From NCBI RefSeq assembly GCF_009914755.1, contig NC_060932.1: a DNA stretch of 64,000 bases; one strand, given 5' to 3'. Position 1 is the first letter of the stretch. Every line of letters begins with the position of its first letter. Below the pieces are notes generated by a model, which saw only the letters and a list, made by a program, of their open reading frames with translations, was not told the DNA's origin and did not search any database. Below, one piece after another: positions 1 to 13,904 of the stretch. The DNA comes from the human T2T-CHM13v2.0 reference genome, Homo sapiens. A program made the position numbers and the translations under genes.

Positions 1-377
1 GACGGGAATTTTAAACTGTGTCTAATTGGAAAAAAGAAGGAAGGGGCTGGAGATGTGAGGAGTGTGATCACTATTCTTAGAAACCAAATGCTTTCCCAGT
101 GAAGAAGAAATGGATAATTTTGATGATGCTCATTAACTAGATCCAGGAACAATGAGTATAAATCCATTCTTTCCTTTAACAAAAACTTTCTGCCAGTATT
201 TATGGGGTGAACAATGGATATAAAATTCCAATAAGACTTTCAAATACCTCTTGTAGATCATTTTTAAGACCCATTTATATCATTTTGAACTATAATATAT
301 TGTACTATATATAATAAAACATTGGTTTAACATGAGAGAAGCTTATTTCTCTTTCATTTAAACAATTCTTACAGATA

Positions 378-755
378 AGCAGCCAGCTTGGGGTGTGTAT
401 GGCAGCTTTAGCCATTAGAAACCAAGGCTCCTTCTCTCTTTCTAATCCACAATCTTCAAAGTTACCTCATAGCCCATTATGATTGCTGGAGCTCCTGCCC
501 TTGCATGGCAAAAAGGGGGAAGAAGAAAAGACCAAAAAAAAAAAAAAAAAAAAAAAAAGAAGTGTAATCCTGGAAGAATCAGTTCTCTTTAAGGATCCTT
601 CCTGGAAGTCATAATCAACATTTCTGTCATCTGCTGTCACTTGTTATTACCCTAAGTGCAAAGATCTCAGAAATAGACTCATTAATAGCTCAAATAAAAT
701 CTTAATAATAAAGGCAGAATAGATATTGAGTAATCAACTAGCAGCCTCTATCACA
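378..755 (-). mobile_element. Old MaLR LTR (MLT1J/K-like) with internal poly-A run (534-558)
   Basis: The end GATATTGAGTAATCAACTAGCAGCCTCTATCACA resembles the reverse complement of the MLT1J/K 5' end. The interior is diverged. Confidence 0.5.
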
Positions 756-848
756 CCTCCAACCTGAAGATTATCTTATTCAGCTTTCTTTCTTTCCCCC
801 CTCTTTTTTCTATACTTTCTTCCATTCACTCAAAAAATATTAAGCATT

Positions 849-1175
<327 letters not shown>

Positions 1176-1183
1176 TCAGTGGA

Positions 1184-1219
1184 AACACACACACACACAC
1201 ATACACACACACACACACA
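1184..1219. repeat. (CA)n microsatellite
   Basis: Read directly from the sequence. Confidence 0.95.
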
Positions 1220-1629
1220 GATACAAGTGAGTGAGGAATTCATGAGGAAGACTCCTCTCCTGGATTTTTGAGTAATCTCACATATTCTCTAAAATATTAA
1301 CTACTACCAATGTATTAGGAGTTTCACACAAATATCTAAGGCCACCTATTACCACCTAGGGCTGGGGCATGAGGGAAAGCCAGGGGTTTTCAGAACCTTC
1401 CAGCATTGGGGGAGAAGCCTTGCAGAGCTAGACCTCAGGTTTTTTGAAGAGGAGACATCGCTGACTTATTACAACGCCTCAGCATCCCAGAGCTGGGGTC
1501 TAGCAGAGCTAGGATTCTCTGAGGAGGGAGGAAGTGCTGTCTAAGTGGTGTTCTTATCTTTCAGGAGGTGAAATGAGGCTACTTCTGGATGTGCCTTAAA
1601 ACAAAACAAAGCAAAACAAAAAAACACTA

Positions 1630-1938
1630 GGCTGGGTATGGTGGCTCACACCTGTAATCCCAGTACTTTGGAAGGCCCAGGTGCAAGGATTGCTTGAGCC
1701 CAGGAGTTTGAGACCAGCCTGGGCACCATGATGGGACTCTTATCTCTACAAAAATTTTAAAAAATTAGCCAGGTGTGGTTACGCACCTGTGGTTCCAGCT
1801 ACTTGGGAGGCTGAGGCAGGAAGATTGCTTGAGCCTAGGAAGTTGAGGTTGCAGTGAGCCATATTAACGCCACTGCACTACAGCTTGGATGACAGAGTGT
1901 GACCCTATCTCAAAAACAAACAAACACACACAAAAAAA
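1630..1938 (+). mobile_element. Alu (AluJ-like), full length
   Basis: GGATTGCTTGAGCCCAGGAG J-type motif in both arms, with an A-rich tail. Confidence 0.93.
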
Positions 1939-2599
1939 CTGGAGATTGGCGCCAATGCTACTGCCAGGAAAAGGGCCAATTGCTGAAGTGTCTCTTACAG
2001 GAAAAACAAGCAATTCAGGAAGGGACAGGGCTCTTAAACCTCTCTACCTGCCTTTTATTTCACTCTGGTCCTGCTTAAAGGGAGGCAACTGACAAAGCAG
2101 AAAGAATGCTTGCAGAGTTCCAGCTCCAGCTTCATGAAGCATAACAGAGGAGGATGTCTTTACAGCCCAGAGACAGTGGCTTATACCAGTATAGTCTGCT
2201 TGACTGGCCACTCAGCATTTACACATACTTCTCTACACACACTTGAACTTCCAGATGATAGCAATCATAAATTTTCACTTTTGCCTAATTGGTTGTAGCT
2301 ACCCTCTGTAAAACGAAGACTTGCTCACTCTCTTTCCAAAAATGGGAAACAAAATCTGTTCATGAACTAATTAAAGTCATTTTAATTTCCTCTTAACCTT
2401 TTATCCCTCTGTCCCAATTAAGCCCTAAATCTCACTTTTTAGTACCATTTCCCCTCCACTCTGTCTCGACCATGACTGCCTTTTCGGTTTGTACCAGCTT
2501 TTACACGGGCTATTGCAAGGGTTTTCAAATGTTCCTCCTGCCTTTTTTGTTCTTTCTTTTGTAGGATCTCTATACTCTCTGCAGAATAATCCACATACA

Positions 2600-3110
2600 C
2601 CACACATATTTTTTCGCTGCCACCCTACATCCTTCAAAATAAAAGCTAGAGCCTTAGCTTGGCCTTCAAGATCTTCAATCAGAGGGCCTGGAAGAGGCTT
2701 TTCATCTCCATTGCAATGACTTCAAGCCTTCTACGTGAGATGTGAGTCTTTCAAAACTCAAAATTCTTACCCTCCATCATATGTCACCTCTATGTCTTTG
2801 TTTATATCGTCTGTCTAGGGTGGCCTTTCTACCTTTCCTCACGTGGCTTTCAAGACTCAGTTCAGAGAGCATCCCCTTCAAGAGCTACCCACACCACCCC
2901 CCACCAAATCCTAAGCCATGATGTGCACTTCTTTTATGCTCTACTTGCATCTCTAGATTTTACTTTCCTTATTATACAGCGATATAGTTTTAGATGCCTT
3001 TTATTCCCATTAGACTGTAAGTCCTTCAAAGCAGAGTTGGTATTTTTTTCCCTTTATATCTCTGCAGGTAGCACAGGAGCTAGCACCAAACATCTGCTTG
3101 AAACATGTTT
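2600..3110 (+). mobile_element. LINE-2 3' fragment
   Basis: L2-like blocks TTCAAGACTCAGTTCA and CATTAGACTGTAAGTCCTTCAAAGCAG...TAGCACAG. Highly diverged. Confidence 0.6.
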
Positions 3111-4852
3111 ATCTCTGTGTGTGAAATTCAGTTCAACAGATCCCAAATTCAGGCGACCGTCTCCCTTAAGGGCACCTTACATTGTTCCCTCATTAACTCA
3201 TTTTTGAAAGTCAAATGGTTTGTTCCCTTTTCACCTATGAATCACAGGGCGTACCTTTTCTTTCCCTGAAGTACAGCACCTTGGGGTTTGACGTAGAAGT
3301 GATATATGAAGTTTAAACATTTAACCTTTAATTTGTGGAGCAAGCAGCATGCTAATTTGTAAAGATGCCCCCCTGGGGCTCTGGCTGAATGTTCTTTAGA
3401 GAATGCTGGAGGTGCCCTCTGGAATCTATTCTAGTGGAGTCAAAACCACTCACTGTTTCTCTGTTTCTGCTTCTCGGCAACAGTTTGGTCCATTGCGTCT
3501 TTTTCAGCTATGGAATTTAAAGGAAGGGCATTTTACAGACAAAACAGGAGGACACATTTCACAATGTATCATATAGTGTGCGTAGTGAGCTCTGGGAGGA
3601 CCTCTGGACTGGGCACCAGTTCACATGGATTTTTTTTTTCCAGCTCTGACCTAAAACAGCATTTGACCAATTGCTGCACCTCTCCAGACCCACCTTTCCC
3701 CACTTTTTGGTGAGAGAAATGGGTGGTCTCTTAGGTTCATCCCTGAGCTTACATTCTTTGTGAATGTGTGTAGTTTCTAACATATATTTAATTTAAAGGT
3801 CCAGAAAGCCACAAACTGCAAAAGCAAATTCCAGTGACTGAGTTTTAATGTTAAACAAAGAGTGATTGGGAATAAAAGTCATTGAATTGGACCTCAGGGT
3901 TTATGAAGTTGCACCATATAGCATTGTGCTTTGTCCAACAGTGAAATTCCTGCTGGGCTTGATGATAACATCCTGATAATTCTCTACAGTTGTAGCTTAC
4001 AATTCTCTCTCTCCCCTGCCTCTGAAGTAATGAGAACCTGACACTGTTAACTAATCTGCCGTAAACTTTATTGAAAAGTAAACTATCTTTTCAAATTTGC
4101 AATTTTACTCATTTGCAGATCTATTTACAGATATGCTCAAAGACAATTATTTGTCACCTGCTAAGAGTTCTTAAAAGCCGAAGCCAGCCTCCACTCCTGA
4201 GCTTTCTTCTAAATAGTAGTTTGTGGGCTCCTTAAAGGTGTGCTGGCTTGCTTTAGTTACTTAGCCACAAATCTTGAGATTCACAAAGAGATTATAGTTT
4301 TATGTCTCTTCACAAATCTACAAAAGACTTAATACAACAAAACCCTAGCCTAGATTAATATTCATGAAACCCTACAGATCATAGGGGAAGAACAGCTCTA
4401 TTTAATTAGTGTACAGGAAAAAAGACAGACATATTTTCAAGAAAATTCCACAGGCATGATAAATACTATAATATTAGGACTGTGAACCAAGGTTACTTCT
4501 ATCACCTTTGAAGGAAACAAGGAAAGGGAATAAGCTGAACTGAAGCATGGAAGAAAACTGAGGATCAAATGCTAAGCTGTCCTGGGGTGGAGGGGCCAGC
4601 GGCATTAGCTGGGGTGGTATTTGGAGTGGTCCAAGTGTAGAGATACTAACCAATGGAACCATTGGTTCAGTATATAGATACTATACATAGAGATATTTCA
4701 TAGCTTATATTCATTTTGGAATGAAAAGGAATAGGAGTAATTTACAAATTATTTATATGTATAAATATGCTTAATATCAGTAAAATATTCCATATCTTAA
4801 TACATAACACCGAGAAAAGTGTACGCTCATTAGGGAAAATCTCATGTGTCCC

Positions 4853-5529
4853 TGTATTGGTCAGGGTTCTCCAGAGAAACAGAACTAGGAGGAAAGATAA
4901 GGTTACAGATACAGATACAGATATATGGATATAGATATAGATACAGATACAGATACATAGACAGATACAGAGCGATATCTTCATATATATCTATACATCT
5001 TATATATATATTATATATAAATCTTATAGATCTTATGTATAGATGTCTTATAGTTTTATATATGTAATATATGTCACATACATAGATCTCTCTATATATA
5101 ATATATATATACACACACACATACATACACACACACATGCACATGCACAAAGGAATTTGTTATAAGGAATTGGTTCACACAATAAGAGAGACCAAGAAGT
5201 CCAAGATCTGTTGTCTGAAGCCCTGAGAACTAGGAGAGCTGACGATGTAAGTTCCAGTCCAAGTTTAAAGGCAGACCAATGGCTTTACTTAAAGACAGCC
5301 AAGCAGAGAGAGTGAGTTATTTCTTGCTTAGCCTTTTCTTCTATTCAGACCTTCAACATATTGGATGAGGTCCCACCATATTGGGGAGGGCCATCTGCTT
5401 TACTCAGTCTAACAACCAAAATGCTAATCTCATCCAGAAACTCCCTCACAGACATACCCAGAATAATGTTTAACCAAATATCTGGACACCCTGTGGCCCA
5501 GTCAAGTTGACATATAAAATTAACTACTA
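4853..5529 (-). mobile_element. ERVL LTR (MLT2 family) with internal AT/TAGA/CA low-complexity expansion (about 4905-5148)
   Basis: TGTATTGGTCAGGGTTCTCCAGAGAAACAGAAC at one end and GGCCCAGTCAAGTTGACATATAAAATTAAC at the other are MLT2 termini. Confidence 0.88.
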
Positions 5530-5627
5530 GGATTCCTTTCCTAAGGAAAAGTGTCATAGTTATAACTGGTTATAACAGACTGACATTTAGGCAATACAGA
5601 TGTTTGATGTTTGGGAGAAACCTGGAA

Positions 5628-5870
5628 GTAGTAGATAAGAGCACAGCCTCCTAAGCTATACTGCCTGAGTTCGAAGCCTGTCTCCATTGTTACTATCAAT
5701 GGGCCCTTGAGCTGACTTATTTAAATTCTCCATCACTTTATCTGTAAAGTTGGTATAATAATAATGACAAATTCATAGAGTTACTGTGAGGATTAAATTA
5801 GTTAATTCATATCAAGTTATTTAGTCAATGCCTGACATGTTCTAAATGTTTTTGATAAATCTTAATTACT
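5628..5870 (+). mobile_element. MIR SINE
   Basis: B-box CTGCCTGAGTTCGAAGCC and core ATCTGTAAAGTTGGTATAATAATA...GTGAGGATTAAAT. Confidence 0.75.
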
Positions 5871-6180
5871 TTAAATATTCATCCAAATTTCAAAAAATTA
5901 GGAAATACATTTTTTCCCTAGCCAGACACAGTATTGTTAACATCTAGAAGCATATTATGGGAAGAATAAGGCTAAAAAATAAGGGTTGGTAATAAGTGAT
6001 GTCATTATTTACTTTCATGAGATGTAAAAATGTGTAGATGAGAGAGAAAGTAAAATGAGAACAAGAAATCAGAATTTTTAAAAGCAAATGTAATAAGAAC
6101 CTAGAGGACATTAAAAACCATTTGTAATCATCTGTGTCTCTATCCCATTCCTTTAAAGAGTCTTTTAAAAAATATTAACG

Positions 6181-6330
6181 ATTTTAGAGGCCTTTTGCTC
6201 CACTGCCCAGACTAGAGGGCAGTGGTACAATCATAGCTCACTGCAGTCTTGAACTCATGGGCTGAAGCATTCCTCCCACTCCAGCCTCCCAAATTGCTCT
6301 GATTACAGGCATGAGCCACCATGCCCAGCT
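6181..6330 (-). mobile_element. Alu monomer (FRAM-like)
   Basis: Single right-arm-type monomer flanked by a TTAAAGAGTCTT direct repeat (TSD). Confidence 0.85.
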
Positions 6331-7177
6331 CCCCTTAAAGAGTCTTAAAAAAATCAACACCGCATATTGTAATTTTCAGCAAATCACTAATTTAACCTCA
6401 GACTGTGCCATGGAGTGAGTGTTTATGTATATTTTAAGATGGTATAAAACTGGATTTATTCTAAAAGCCAATTTGAACTAATACGGCAGTTTGATTTAAA
6501 TTAGTGAAAAATCTAAACTATAGAATACCTTTTAGCAACATTCATTTACATTAGATTTATTTAACTTAATTCACATACTTGAAAGTGATAAAGTTGTAGC
6601 TTGATAAATAGCCATTGGGGACCAGTTTTAAAGACTAGATAAGAACATTTTATTTTTACATATCATTTGATGTATATTTTAAGTGCAATTAATGTACACA
6701 TGGAAATAGTGTTTGATTTGTTAACTACATTAAAAATTCCTTCTAAAATTTTCTCCACATTGTTAATCTTTGAAGTAGGTTTAGCTGAGCAAAGGTAAGT
6801 AACAGAAAGCTGATCTTTATCCAATTTTCATAAATACTGAATCAAGCTTGCATTGATGAGATAAAACCTATTTGTGTAATTATTTTTCTCAGGCTCCACT
6901 AGGTCCTGAAAATTTGAAACCTGAGATGAAATTTAGGGTCTATATAGCTGCTTAAATTCAAAGAGTTTCTGGGCTACTATGTCTACTAAATGTCTTGGTG
7001 GAAAATTTTATAGAATTTGTATAGAAGAGATAATTAATTCATTCCCATTATAACAGGAATGTCAAGAAGGAGAGACCTGGTAAGTGAGACTGTGGAACTG
7101 AGTTTCCAGTTTTTAATCCTTTGGAAATTCCCAGATTAATGCCAATGAATGGCTAGGAAAGGAACTTACTTTGGTTC

Positions 7178-7392
7178 ACTAAGCATTGTGTACCAGAGAG
7201 CATACTATATGTTTCACATGTTATTTTGTAATTATCACAACATCCCTCTGATATTGTCATTATTACCAGCTCCATTTCACTGTGGAGGAAATTGAGGCCC
7301 TGAGTGGTTCTATTAAAAGCTGTTAAGTCTTGAATGCAGAATTTGAATTCAGATCTGCCTGACACCAGAGCTCTTTAAACAGCATTATGCCA
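7178..7392 (-). mobile_element. MIR SINE
   Basis: CCATTTCACTGTGGAGGAAATTGAGGCCCTGAG and ATTTGAATTCAGATCTGCCTGAC. Confidence 0.75.
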
Positions 7393-7477
7393 TCTTCATA
7401 CCACATCAGTTTCCATCAATTGCTGCATCCTCCACAACCTTATCCTGCAAGCCTTGTCTCATAACTCCAAACCCCAT

Positions 7478-7852
7478 TGGTATGGCTGAATGTTTGCATC
7501 TCTCTGCACCCCTCAAATTCATATGTTGAATCCCTAATCCCCAATGTGGTGGCATTTGGAGTTGGGGTCTTTGGGAGGTAATTAGATAAGGTCATGAGAA
7601 TTGAGCCCTCATGGTGAGATCTGTGTCCTTCTAAGAAGAGGAAGAGAGATCAGAGCTCACTCTCGCTTGGCCATGTGAAGACACAGTGAGAAAGCAGTTG
7701 TCTACAAGTCAGGAGAAGGCCCTCACCAAGAACCAAATCTGCTAAAATCTTGATCTTGGACTTTCCAGGCTCCAAAACTGTGCAAAATATATGCATGTTG
7801 TTTAAGCCTCCCAGTCTACGGTACTTCGTATAGCAGCCCAAGCTGACTGATG
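7478..7852 (+). mobile_element. MaLR solo LTR (MLT1A/MLT1A0-like)
   Basis: CAAATTCATATGTTGAATCCCTAATCCCCAATGTG...GCCATGTGAAGACACAGTGAG...TAGCAGCCCAAGCTGACT. Confidence 0.88.
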
Positions 7853-8394
7853 TGGCCATCCTCCCAGAAATGGTTCCTATTGCTGTCAAATAATTAGTTT
7901 AAAAAAAATTAAAACATGACTCTCATATGAATAAAGACTAAACATGCATAAAATATTTTATTCAGCTTCTTCATTAACATGGAAACTGATAGACTGGTAA
8001 AACTAGTTCAAAGAGCATTTTGAGGAATAATGTATTTATAGTCCACCAGGTAAGGTATTTTAAAATAAGTTTGCTGAGCTAGAGACAAAATTGGTTAAAG
8101 TCCTACAGGGCAATAACACTGTAAACTTTGGGATTAACATCTCTTCCAGACAGAAATCTACAAGTTAGCATGTAAATTTATGGAGTCTGAGCCCTCAGTA
8201 GTAAACAGCAAAGTCAAACACAGGTACCATTCCATAAATAATTACATAATCCTCTTTGAACAGACACGTCCCCTTCCCCCATGCTGTCTTAGTGCCAAGT
8301 TTTAAATAATTTTTCTTAACACTGTATTGCTATTTGCTCTCCTAGCACTTGCTTGACTTACCTTAAAATTTATGACAGTTTATATTCCTAATTT

Positions 8395-8536
8395 TGTCAT
8401 CTTACCCTCTTTTAATTTCAAGCTATTTTAAGGCAGAAACAATATCTATCTCCTCTTCCCAGTAGGCTCAGCTCCTAGCTAGCACAGTGCCTAACATATA
8501 AAGAATGCTTGGTATTTGTAATTGAATAAATAAATG
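8395..8536 (+). mobile_element. LINE-2 3' end
   Basis: CTAGCACAGTGCCTAACATA...TTGAATAAATAAATG. Confidence 0.55.
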
Positions 8537-9040
8537 CATTTGAATTATATTTAATGTATTCATAAGTGGGTTGCTCAAAGCTTTCTCTAATGGGTAGAAA
8601 TTCCAATAATAGTAGAAACCTCAGCTTTTTCTGTCAACAGCAGTGACAGATCCCCAATGACACCCAACATTGCTAAACTTCTGCAGGTAGTTCTCATTGG
8701 GTCACCTAGTTTCTCAGATATCAGTCTCCCTACGTATAAGAAAAAAATCACCAGGCCCTTCAGCAGCAGGGCAGCCTGATTTTATTCTCTCGGTATCATT
8801 ACCTTGAAACTTTTTGCAGTAGAATTACTTAGACCACAGAGTACTACCTAGATTTCTCAGGAAATATATTCAATAACTTTTAGGAGAGAATGAAAATAAC
8901 AAGTCTTAATATATAAAATTCTAGTTTCCTCCTGATATTTCCTTTTGCTGTTGCCCAAGAGTTTGACCAATGGTGAGATATCCCACATGTTAGGTTACAA
9001 GTGTTCAACTTTTCTTGCCCTATGCATCATGAAAAATGTA

Positions 9041-9319
9041 GGCCGGGCGTGGTGGCTCACGCCTGTAATCCCAACACTTTGGGAGGCTGAGGCGGGCGGA
9101 TCACGAGGTCAGGAGATGGAGACCATCCTGGCTAACACGGTGAAACCCCGTCTCTACTAAAAATACAAAAAAATTAGCCAGGCGTGGTGGCGGGCACCTG
9201 TAGTCCCAGCTACTCAGGAGGCTGAGGCAGGAGAATAGCGTGAACCCGGGAGGTGGAGCTTGCAGTGAGATCATGCCACTACTGCACTCCAGCCTGGGCG
9301 ACAGAGCGAGGCTCCATCT

Positions 9320-9353
<34 letters not shown>

Positions 9354-9360
9354 AAAAAAA
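9041..9360 (+). mobile_element. AluY, full length with long poly-A tail
   Basis: Y-type motifs CCTGGCTAACACGGTG, GCGTGAACCCGGGAGG and GGAGCTTGCAGT. Tail of about 40 A. TSD-like AAAAATGTA / AAAAATATA. Confidence 0.95.
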
Positions 9361-10236
9361 TATAATTGGCAATTGCTCGCTCCTGCCCTGATCCTCATAG
9401 GGCATATGAACATCAAGATGTTCATGTCGGAATCACCAGGGGAATCAATGACACTTGCAGCTTTCTAGGCAAGTGCACAGCTTCTTGCAATGCAGAACTG
9501 ACGACCATGCTGTGCTCAAACTCTAGTAACTTGGGAATCTTGCAACAACCCCATGTTACTTTTGCTGTAAACTCCAAAGGACTCAGAATTGCTTATACAG
9601 AGAAAATCTCAGGAAGATTTTGGGGCATCTCTGAATGCTTTCTTTTAAAACTCTGCTCCATTTTGCATTTGTTTATTTGATGTACATTATTTTAGTTATT
9701 TTTCTGGATCTGCCTCCTATACGCTGTAGAACCTCAGGGCCTTAATTTTCTAACCCATAGATGAAACTTGTGCCTCTGTTACAAGATTGTGATGAACATC
9801 AAATGAAATGTAAATAAATTTACTTTGTAAATAAATGTAAATAATTTTACAAGCATATAGTGCAAATAATGTAAGTGAAATTACCTAGTGTAGTACCAAG
9901 CATATAGTGTGATATTATAAGCCTCTCTACTCATCTCCTTTACTTTTTCTATAATGAAATCCATATTTATATTTTTCCTTTGCAATTGTGCATTCCTGAA
10001 CCCCAGGTCTGTTCAAACAGACATTGTGTCCCTTGTATATGACATATTTCCTTCTCTGGAGATGAGCTTGGCCAGCCCAGCCTGGACAGCTCACTTGAAA
10101 TGTAGAACACAGAGGAAGGTCTGCCACAGTGGAAGAAAAAACTGTTACCATTGGCAGCAGCAACCAGTGGACATCCATGAAGGGACAGCTGAGGATTAGT
10201 CACAGACAAAACTGTGAATTACTCATTATGGCACAG

Positions 10237-10450
10237 CAAGTGCTTGTCACATGACATGTGCTGTGCTAAGTACTTATTTAATACCTTATTTATTTTTACA
10301 ATGATCTTGAGAGGAAAATATTAATGCACTTATGTTAGGGTCAGAACATTGAAGCTAAAGGAGTTTTAATTAAATGAGTGGGTGTAAAAACTAGGATGTG
10401 AGCCCAGGCTAACTGCCTTTAAAACCTATAGCCTTAATGTTGAAGCTATA
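10237..10450 (-). mobile_element. MIR SINE (degraded)
   Basis: CTGTGCTAAGTACTT...CTAGGATGTGAGCCCAGG...CTTAA. Confidence 0.5.
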
Positions 10451-10697
10451 CTGAGCACTGTCTGTCACTCTTAGATTCCTTTTCTCCAGGTTAGGTGCCA
10501 ACCTGAACTTCTTAGTGTCTTTATAACATCTGTTTCTGTCCAGAAACACACACATTAAAGCACTGTCTGTATCCACTCTTTCTGGCTGGTACTTCTGCCG
10601 CTAGATTTTCCCTCCTGCTCCCATCAGAGTGGCTTCTGCCATGGCTTCCATTGTTCTTTGTGGCTTAATATGACCATGTGTGGAAATTCCAAAATAA

Positions 10698-11053
<356 letters not shown>

Positions 11054-11247
11054 TAGCCCAAGTGATCACTTAAGTGGTGCAAATTTTAGGATCAGAGCCA
11101 TCTCATGGTGTTAGAACCTTATTCTCCTCCACGGACTTGTACTCTTCCTATAAGTAGTTTCACTTTTCTGCGAAAACCATGTTTATGTTTTAATACTCAG
11201 CACTACTCTGGGTTTAATGCTTTCAATGTCATTTAAAAAACAGCTAT

Positions 11248-11375
11248 CTTTGAGACAAACTCGGCTATGCTATCACTCTTATGTTACCTGGGCTCACCTC
11301 AAGCTCCTGACCTCAACCAATCCTCACACCTTGGCCACCCAAAGAGCTGGGATTATAGGTGTGAACCACCTGGTC
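11248..11375 (-). mobile_element. Alu left monomer (FLAM-like), degraded
   Basis: CTCCTGACCTCAACCAATCCTC...CCCAAAGAGCTGGGATTATAGGTGTGAACCAC. Confidence 0.75.
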
Positions 11376-12482
11376 TTTAGACCATCATTCTTCTAGAGAA
11401 GATGATTCCTTAGAAGTGAATATGGTAAACAACCCATCTTTCCTTATTTGCAAAGCAATATTTTGGATATTTTTTGAGGGCTAAGCTTGGTAAATTGTTT
11501 TGGACATAGTTTTGAAGATTTCACACCCTTTTTGGTTTCTTGAAAAACCAAATGTTTTCTTGAAAAACCAAAGGAGGTCTTTGTAGCCTCCTTTGCAGTC
11601 TGTCAGGTATTTTCTAGGTTTGTCCCATGTTTCACCTTAGCAGTTGAAAAACTTAAAAACTGGTTGTGGTTTAGGTAGGCCTGGTCTATTGCAGAATTAC
11701 AGTAACTATCCTTTGTAACTCAGCACTCATTAAATGGTCTAAAATATACTGTTATCTTCAGCATCAGTATTTTTCCATTACTTCATCATAAATTAATTTT
11801 TCATGGACAACTAAATGGATCAACATTCTATAAGGCACAAGGCATGATACAATATTAATACAAATTGCTCAAGGTATTTTTATGTCTTTGAAAAACAGAC
11901 CTTTTTTTAAAAGATAGGAAAGAAAGTAGCCTGTTTGTTGTTAAATATTAAAGCATTTTGAAAAGTTTGTTATACCTGTGTCTGTGACTGTGTTGGTAAT
12001 CTTCTTTATTTTGATGTGTAAAGTACAGATCATGTTGAAGCTAAGTTTCATCTTGTGCTCATTAACATTAACTTCCTCAGAAGAACTGCAAAAGGAAAAC
12101 GGGATCCTGGCCTTGAAGTCAAACAGAAAACTGTTTATTCACATGAAATAAAAATCTCTGTAGTTAGTGCCTTGGCCAGACACTCCTGAATCATTTTACT
12201 TGCTCTGAGGACCCAATCTCCCGGGTTCTGTCCATGGTGCTGATAGCTGGTTCCACTGAGAAGCGGGACACAGTGCATGAATGCAGCCAGGGAAGAGCCT
12301 GTGAGGGTGTGTTCCTTCCCTTCTTCCTGTAGAAAGATGGAAAACACTTTTCTATGGAACATAGGAGACCCAGACCTCACAAACAAACAAAATAGAGATG
12401 TATTAATGCCCCTTATAGTTTTGGAACAAAGAAAGGCACATATTCAGAGTAAACAGAAGAAAGACATGAACAAACCATTTTC

Positions 12483-12501
12483 TTTTCTTTTCTTTTCTTT
12501 C

Positions 12502-12554
<53 letters not shown>

Positions 12555-12910
12555 TTTCTTTCTTTCCTTTCTTTCTTTCTCTCTTTCTCTTTCTCTCTTT
12601 CTCTCTCTCTTTCTCTCTTTCTTTCTTTCTGACAGAACCTTGCTCTGTCCCCCAAGCCAGAGTACAGTGACTCGATCTTGGCTCACTGCACCCTCTGCCT
12701 CCAGGGTTCAAGTGATTCTCCAGCCTCAGCCTCCCAAGTAGCTGAGATTACAGGCATGCACCACCACACCCAGCTAATTTTTGCATTTTTAGTAGAGACG
12801 AGGTTTCACCATGTTGGCCAGGCTGCTCTCGAACTCCTGACCTCAGGTGATCCACCTGCCTCAGCATCCCAAAGTTCTGGAATTACAGGCGTGAGCCACT
12901 GTGCCCAGGC
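12483..12910 (-). mobile_element. AluSx with tail expanded into (TTTC)n/(TC)n microsatellite (about 12478-12630)
   Basis: Reverse Alu. TSD AACAAACCATTTTC on both sides encloses the microsatellite. Confidence 0.95.
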
Positions 12911-12954
12911 AAACAAACCATTTTCAATACCTCAAGTGGCTAAGATTTAATAAT

Positions 12955-13854
12955 AAAAAGAGTTCCTTATAAATTTATCAAAAAGAAAGGCAAGCAACCA
13001 CAGAAAAGTAGAAAAAGCACAAAAGTAAGCAATTCAAGAATTGAAATGGTCAATAAATATGTGAAAATACATTCAGCCTCACTGATAGGGAAAGAAATGC
13101 ACAATAAAGAAACCATTGAAATCTCACATTGTTTCAACCACCATATTTGCAACTGTTAAGACAAGATCTAATATCTAACTCTCACAAGGACACGGGGTAA
13201 AGCGCTTTGAGAATGGATGTTGGAATTATTCTAAATTTTATTAAATCCTACAATAGCTATTTAAATGAAATGATAAAAGCAAGGTGCTTCACTAAACATG
13301 AATAGCTATTAAACTTCTTTGCAATTAGACAAGGCAAATGAATATAATTAGTATAATTTTATGTCCAGCAAATAGAAATAAAATAAGTATGGCAATAACA
13401 CAATTTTGCAAGAATGAGAAAACTGATGCTCTACTATTCAGAAAAAAAAGAAACTGTTTATAAGGTTAATTTTGTGTTATCTAGTAAAGTAATAGATACC
13501 TATATCTTATGCCCAGTGATTTTACCTCTAGAAACATATTCTATAAAATATTTGCATATATATATATATACGCAGAAGGGCAGGTACAAAAATGTACATT
13601 GCTGCTTTGTTGATAGTAGTGAAATCCTCTGGCAAACTAAACTTCCATCAATAAATGAATGAATACATTTTGGTACATTCGTATAACCTATGAATGCTAC
13701 CTAGAATTATTAAAGTAAGTTAAAGTGAGTGTGTGTGTGGGTAGATCTCAAAAATAAAATGTTGAGTAAACATACAATTTAGTACATAATGTGTTTAGAA
13801 AAAGCACAAAACAATCCAATACATTTTTACAAATCTACCTCTCTCTCTCTCTCT

Positions 13855-13904
<50 letters not shown>

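Noticed and set aside
9391-9474. Possible small exon (CATAG acceptor, GC donor) and palindrome ATGAACATC-AA-GATGTTCAT at 9406-9425
   Set aside because: Weak splice signals and no recognisable protein. A 9-bp inverted repeat is plausible by chance in 64 kb.
11531-11595. 17-bp direct repeat TTTCTTGAAAAACCAAA x2 and inverted repeat CAAAGGAGG / CCTCCTTTG
   Set aside because: Short slippage-type duplication and a chance-level hairpin. It is neither an array nor a terminator in this context.
12277-12950. ORFs of 80-154 aa on both strands
   Set aside because: Derived from the (TTTC)n microsatellite and Alu sequence.
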